From Candidatus Poseidoniaceae archaeon (GTDB lineage Archaea; Thermoplasmatota; Poseidoniia; Poseidoniales; Poseidoniaceae): a DNA stretch of 30,723 bases. This document shows positions 27,349 to 30,723 of this stretch, in pieces. The notes under the pieces were generated by a model that ran no database searches, was not told the origin of the DNA, and saw only the letters and a list, made by a program, of their open reading frames with translations. A program made the translations under genes and the position numbers. The stretch is from positions 1 to 30,723 of the forward strand of contig DUJK01000121.1 of the NCBI GenBank assembly GCA_013329925.1, in the 5' to 3' direction. Numbering within the stretch: the first letter of the stretch is position 1; every line of letters begins with the position of its first letter.

Positions 27349-27735
27349 ATGACTCAACAAATCATCATCGATGCCTGTGGCTGGGTTGCCATAATTGATG
27401 CTGGGATTAATTTTGAGATTGAGTTGGAACATCTAATTGGTAATTTTGAATTAATCGTACTACCTGAAATAACGGAAGAACTTGAAAAATTAAATCTTAA
27501 GCGACCAAGAAAAAACTCATTGCTACTAGACCTTCTTGCTAAAAAATCAAATAAAATAAATTATGTTTCGCATGACTTAAGACATACTGACGATATTATT
27601 TACGATTTGGCACTTAAGCAGAACTTGGCTGTTTTGACGGTCGACAAAAATCTAAAGATGCGATTATTCAAATCCGGTATTGATGTTATTGAGGTGGTTC
27701 AGAATAACCATCTAAAACTGATAGAAGGTCTATAG
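27349..27735 (+). CDS. PIN-domain ribonuclease (Fcf1/Utp24-like, conserved downstream of eif2g)
   Basis: IIIDA, ITEEL, TDDII, LTVDKNL supply the four acidic PIN residues; conserved rps6e-eif2g-PIN gene order in archaea. Confidence 0.85.
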   Translation: MTQQIIIDACGWVAIIDAGINFEIELEHLIGNFELIVLPEITEELEKLNLKRPRKNSLLLDLLAKKSNKINYVSHDLRHTDDIIYDLALKQNLAVLTVDKNLKMRLFKSGIDVIEVVQNNHLKLIEGL

Positions 27736-27740
27736 AACGT

Positions 27741-28040
27741 TTAAGGTAAAGTGAATAAGCGGTCATCACCATGACCGTCTAACAACCTTAGTTTAACTCC
27801 TGCATCTATCCAGGCATGGGCATAATTTATTGCTCCATATGCTCTAATGTAATCGCCAATATTCATGAAATGTTGTGCATCACTGGTATAATCATCTGCC
27901 ATCCTAAGCAAAACTGCTAACATATCGTCTTGCTCACTACCCTTTTCATGAATCGGAGTGGCTTTTTTTCTAGCTTCTTTGGTTAAGTTCAGGTAATGCG
28001 TTAGTTTTTCTTGACTAATTTTGTCGTTTATTTCTGTCAT
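27741..28040 (-). CDS. DUF357 family protein
   Basis: MADDYTSDAQHF...AYGAINYAHAWIDAG signature. Confidence 0.88.
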   Translation of the reverse strand: MTEINDKISQEKLTHYLNLTKEARKKATPIHEKGSEQDDMLAVLLRMADDYTSDAQHFMNIGDYIRAYGAINYAHAWIDAGVKLRLLDGHGDDRLFTLP

Positions 28041-29086
28041 TCTCCATCCACCTTCTGCCGTTTCAATAATCTCTTAACATCCTCTTGTCTGCCCAATGAC
28101 TGGTATAATTCAACTGCAAGTGATAATCTTCCTTCACTTTCTGCTTGTTGGGCTCTAGTGAATATTGCTTTACGTTCTTCCCAATCTCTTGCTAATGCGG
28201 CTTCAGCAGCAGCTTTGTAGCGGCTCTCGCGCTCTGAGTTTGCTAGGTGAGGTGCTTTCCACATACGGATTAAACCATTTCTAGTTGCAGTAACCATGCT
28301 ATCATTAGTAATCTTTGTCAATAAATCTCCTAAATTCATCTCATAACCTAATTGACTACTTTCGCTATCAGATGAATTTGAAAGATGGTATAGTAAGCCT
28401 TCAATTCCAAGAATCCACCATCCATCTCCACAACGAATCCCTTCCATTGGTTCCAAAGAATCGGATTGTAATTTTTCAATATGATCCCAGCCAAATGGAT
28501 GTGGAATTCCTTCCCAAATCTCACCCGAACTAGTCTGAAGTACCAAGCGCCCACTATCTAATCGAGAAACCCAACTCCAAGTTCTATCTTCTAAGCTCCT
28601 TTTTGCGTAATTACTTCCTAATCGGCCACACCATAACAAGCCATCATCTGATTGCCAAAGAATATGCTCTCTATCCAACCAACCTACTAACCTTCTAACC
28701 TTGCCAGTTTCAAATCTTTTAATTCCAATACCTTCATGAGAAAATAAGTGTATTTGACCTTCTTTACCAGATAAGATCCAACCTCCACCCGGCCTGCTTA
28801 TAACATCAGTAAATCCTCCATAAGTAGATCTACCATCATGAATCATACTACCATCTGTAGTTGATATAACATAGAAACCATGAGCAGCTAAAGCCGCCAA
28901 AACCCCGTTATTGTAGTGAATTGAATGGACTTTAAATGGGGTTTTAATTGACCACCTTTTACTTCCATCTAATTCCAATAAATATAACTCTAGACCACTG
29001 CTGATTACAACTCCACCTTCAACTGCAGCAATGCAAGATATTCTAGAAGGTGCTTGCCATGACCACGAAATACTCCAAGTCATCAT
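28037..29086 (-). CDS. Beta-propeller (WD40/PQQ-like) protein with C-terminal helical (TPR-like) segment
   Basis: About 40-residue Trp/Gly-rich beta repeats (DGSKRWS, GGWILSGKEGQIHLF, GLIRMW) and C-terminal helices RAQQAESEGRLSLAVELYQSLG. Confidence 0.65.
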   Translation of the reverse strand: MMTWSISWSWQAPSRISCIAAVEGGVVISSGLELYLLELDGSKRWSIKTPFKVHSIHYNNGVLAALAAHGFYVISTTDGSMIHDGRSTYGGFTDVISRPGGGWILSGKEGQIHLFSHEGIGIKRFETGKVRRLVGWLDREHILWQSDDGLLWCGRLGSNYAKRSLEDRTWSWVSRLDSGRLVLQTSSGEIWEGIPHPFGWDHIEKLQSDSLEPMEGIRCGDGWWILGIEGLLYHLSNSSDSESSQLGYEMNLGDLLTKITNDSMVTATRNGLIRMWKAPHLANSERESRYKAAAEAALARDWEERKAIFTRAQQAESEGRLSLAVELYQSLGRQEDVKRLLKRQKVDGE

Positions 29087-30723
29087 TCATCACCTCCAAT
29101 AATGCCCCAAGCAATCAATTGGGCTTTTGCTGCTTGGGTAAGTTCAAAATAACGATTCCTACCTTTCATTCTAACATTTAGTATTCCTAATTTTAGTAAC
29201 TTATTACTTATTTGTGATAGCCTAGGCCGTTTAATTCCCAAATGTGTCAATATTTCTTTGTCACTAGGAGAATATCTTCTTAATCTGGCGATTGACAAAA
29301 CATATGATTCATTAGTAGTTAGTGATGAGAGTGCCGATGAATCTAATGGGTAATCCGTTTTTGCTGAATAGTTTTGATTTGACAGCCTCATCAATGCGCT
29401 CATAAACCGGTTAGAACTTGTATCTGAATCACCTCCAACGCTATTATTACTTAGCATTGAAGCCAATAAGGAAGCTATCTGATTAGACAAAACTCCAAGA
29501 TTTTGATTATCATCTAAACCATCTATTTCATGCTCATTATCAGATTCTGTTAATTCAAAAAGTTCTTCACTCCTTTCAATCCCGATTTCATCATGGATTA
29601 ATTCTGCTGAATCTTCGGCAGTAAATTCTATTTTTTCTTCTAATTCAACCATCTCTTTAGAGACCCACAGTTCTGCCCCCTGGGTTTCCATTTCATTGAC
29701 CATAATATCTGGGGTCGATTTCTCAAGATCGTCAAAGTCTCGTGTTCTGCCTAACAGTCCGCCAAAGGCACCAGCATCAATGTAAGGACGTTGTTTTTTT
29801 GTTTCAGTTATGGTATCATCATTAGCGGAAAAGGCTGAAAATGTATGCTCTACAACTTCTTCATCATATTGTTGAGATTCAGACAACTCGTCTAAATCTA
29901 GTTCAAAGCCAAATGGGTTAGCAACTTCTAATTGTGATGTTAACTCACTCAATTCGTCTCTTTCATTCCATGGCAAAGATGCGTCGATTACTGTTTGACC
30001 CTCAATTGCTTCGGGTTCTTCTACATATGCAGGCTCTTGAATAACTTCTGGATTGGAAACTACGATATCATCTTTGATTGGAAATTCAATTCCATCATTC
30101 TTCATCATCATGTTGTCTATTGCATCACGCATGAATTTAACAACCTCAATCGGTACACCAGCGGTTTTTTGATGGATTACTTTAGCATCTTCAAATGTAA
30201 GGCTGAATGGTGCATTTGTGACCGATAAAATTCGTCGTTCGACTAATTCTTGTACTTCATCTATGGTAAGTGAATTAATGCTAACTTCATTGGCAAACGT
30301 ATTCAATAAGTAATCTGGTATGTTCATCCTCTGTTTTGGTTCAACAACTACAACAATTACCGCTTGTAAGCGTTCCAATGACGGTAAAACGTCTCGAAGG
30401 GCGACTGATAGTATACTACCCTCAACATTTGGAGTATCGATGACAATCAAGGGCAATTTATTGTTAAAAGACCTTGAGAAATCCACCATCTTATTTACTA
30501 ATTCGACTGAGTTTTCTGGAATATCATCATATCCAACAAGGCTAGAATACATACGATGCAGAAGGCTCTCGTCGGGCCTAGATGCCGAAATGTGGTCGAT
30601 ATGGACGTATACTGAAGCCTCTTTCCCTGCACAGCGAAGTAGAGATGTTCTACCACTACCCAGCTCACCAACCATTAGTATGCTACGATTTGATCTAAAA
30701 TTGATATTTTGTGAGATTCTTGC
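29083..30723 (-). CDS. P-loop NTPase (AAA+/STAND-like, degenerate) with acidic linker and C-terminal winged helix; 5' end lies beyond the window
   Basis: Frame is open to the window end (ARISQNINFRSNRSILMVGELGSGRTS). Walker A GELGSGRT, Walker B-like LIVIDTP, lid KTAGVP, wHTH LGIKRPRLSQISNKLLKLGIL..GRNRYFELT. Confidence 0.75.
   Translation of the reverse strand, partial: ARISQNINFRSNRSILMVGELGSGRTSLLRCAGKEASVYVHIDHISASRPDESLLHRMYSSLVGYDDIPENSVELVNKMVDFSRSFNNKLPLIVIDTPNVEGSILSVALRDVLPSLERLQAVIVVVVEPKQRMNIPDYLLNTFANEVSINSLTIDEVQELVERRILSVTNAPFSLTFEDAKVIHQKTAGVPIEVVKFMRDAIDNMMMKNDGIEFPIKDDIVVSNPEVIQEPAYVEEPEAIEGQTVIDASLPWNERDELSELTSQLEVANPFGFELDLDELSESQQYDEEVVEHTFSAFSANDDTITETKKQRPYIDAGAFGGLLGRTRDFDDLEKSTPDIMVNEMETQGAELWVSKEMVELEEKIEFTAEDSAELIHDEIGIERSEELFELTESDNEHEIDGLDDNQNLGVLSNQIASLLASMLSNNSVGGDSDTSSNRFMSALMRLSNQNYSAKTDYPLDSSALSSLTTNESYVLSIARLRRYSPSDKEILTHLGIKRPRLSQISNKLLKLGILNVRMKGRNRYFELTQAAKAQLIAWGIIGGDE

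Noticed and set aside
26647-27432. - strand ORFs of 121 aa and 96 aa
   Set aside because: Antisense to the highly conserved eif2g.

Overview
Gene-dense, AT-rich archaeal chromosome segment. The combination of rps6e-eif2g-PIN, cdc6/orc1, dph2, DUF357 and archaeal hpt with a bacterial-type gyrB and large membrane-anchored PKD peptidases points to marine Thermoplasmatota, most likely Marine Group II/Poseidoniales (inference, no search run). I can support 26 CDS. Two are cut by the window edges: gyrB at the left, which the ORF track missed, and a P-loop NTPase-wHTH gene at the right. I found no tRNA, rRNA, CRISPR array, transposase or integrase. The most notable unexplained items are: (i) a three-TM membrane-tethered Smr-family endonuclease with intact DxH/GxG motifs, upstream of an HTH-10 regulator and a PIMT-like/HEAT/M61-peptidase operon; (ii) a dTMP kinase fused to a winged-helix-like domain; (iii) a GcvH paralogue whose lipoyl-Lys is replaced by Glu; (iv) a class II (bacterial-type) CCA enzyme next to an EF-hand/OB-like protein and a minimal SerK-like kinase; (v) a translationally coupled degenerate NTPase-wHTH / beta-propeller / DUF357 operon. 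Family assignments come from motifs recognised by eye and need HMM or structure confirmation.
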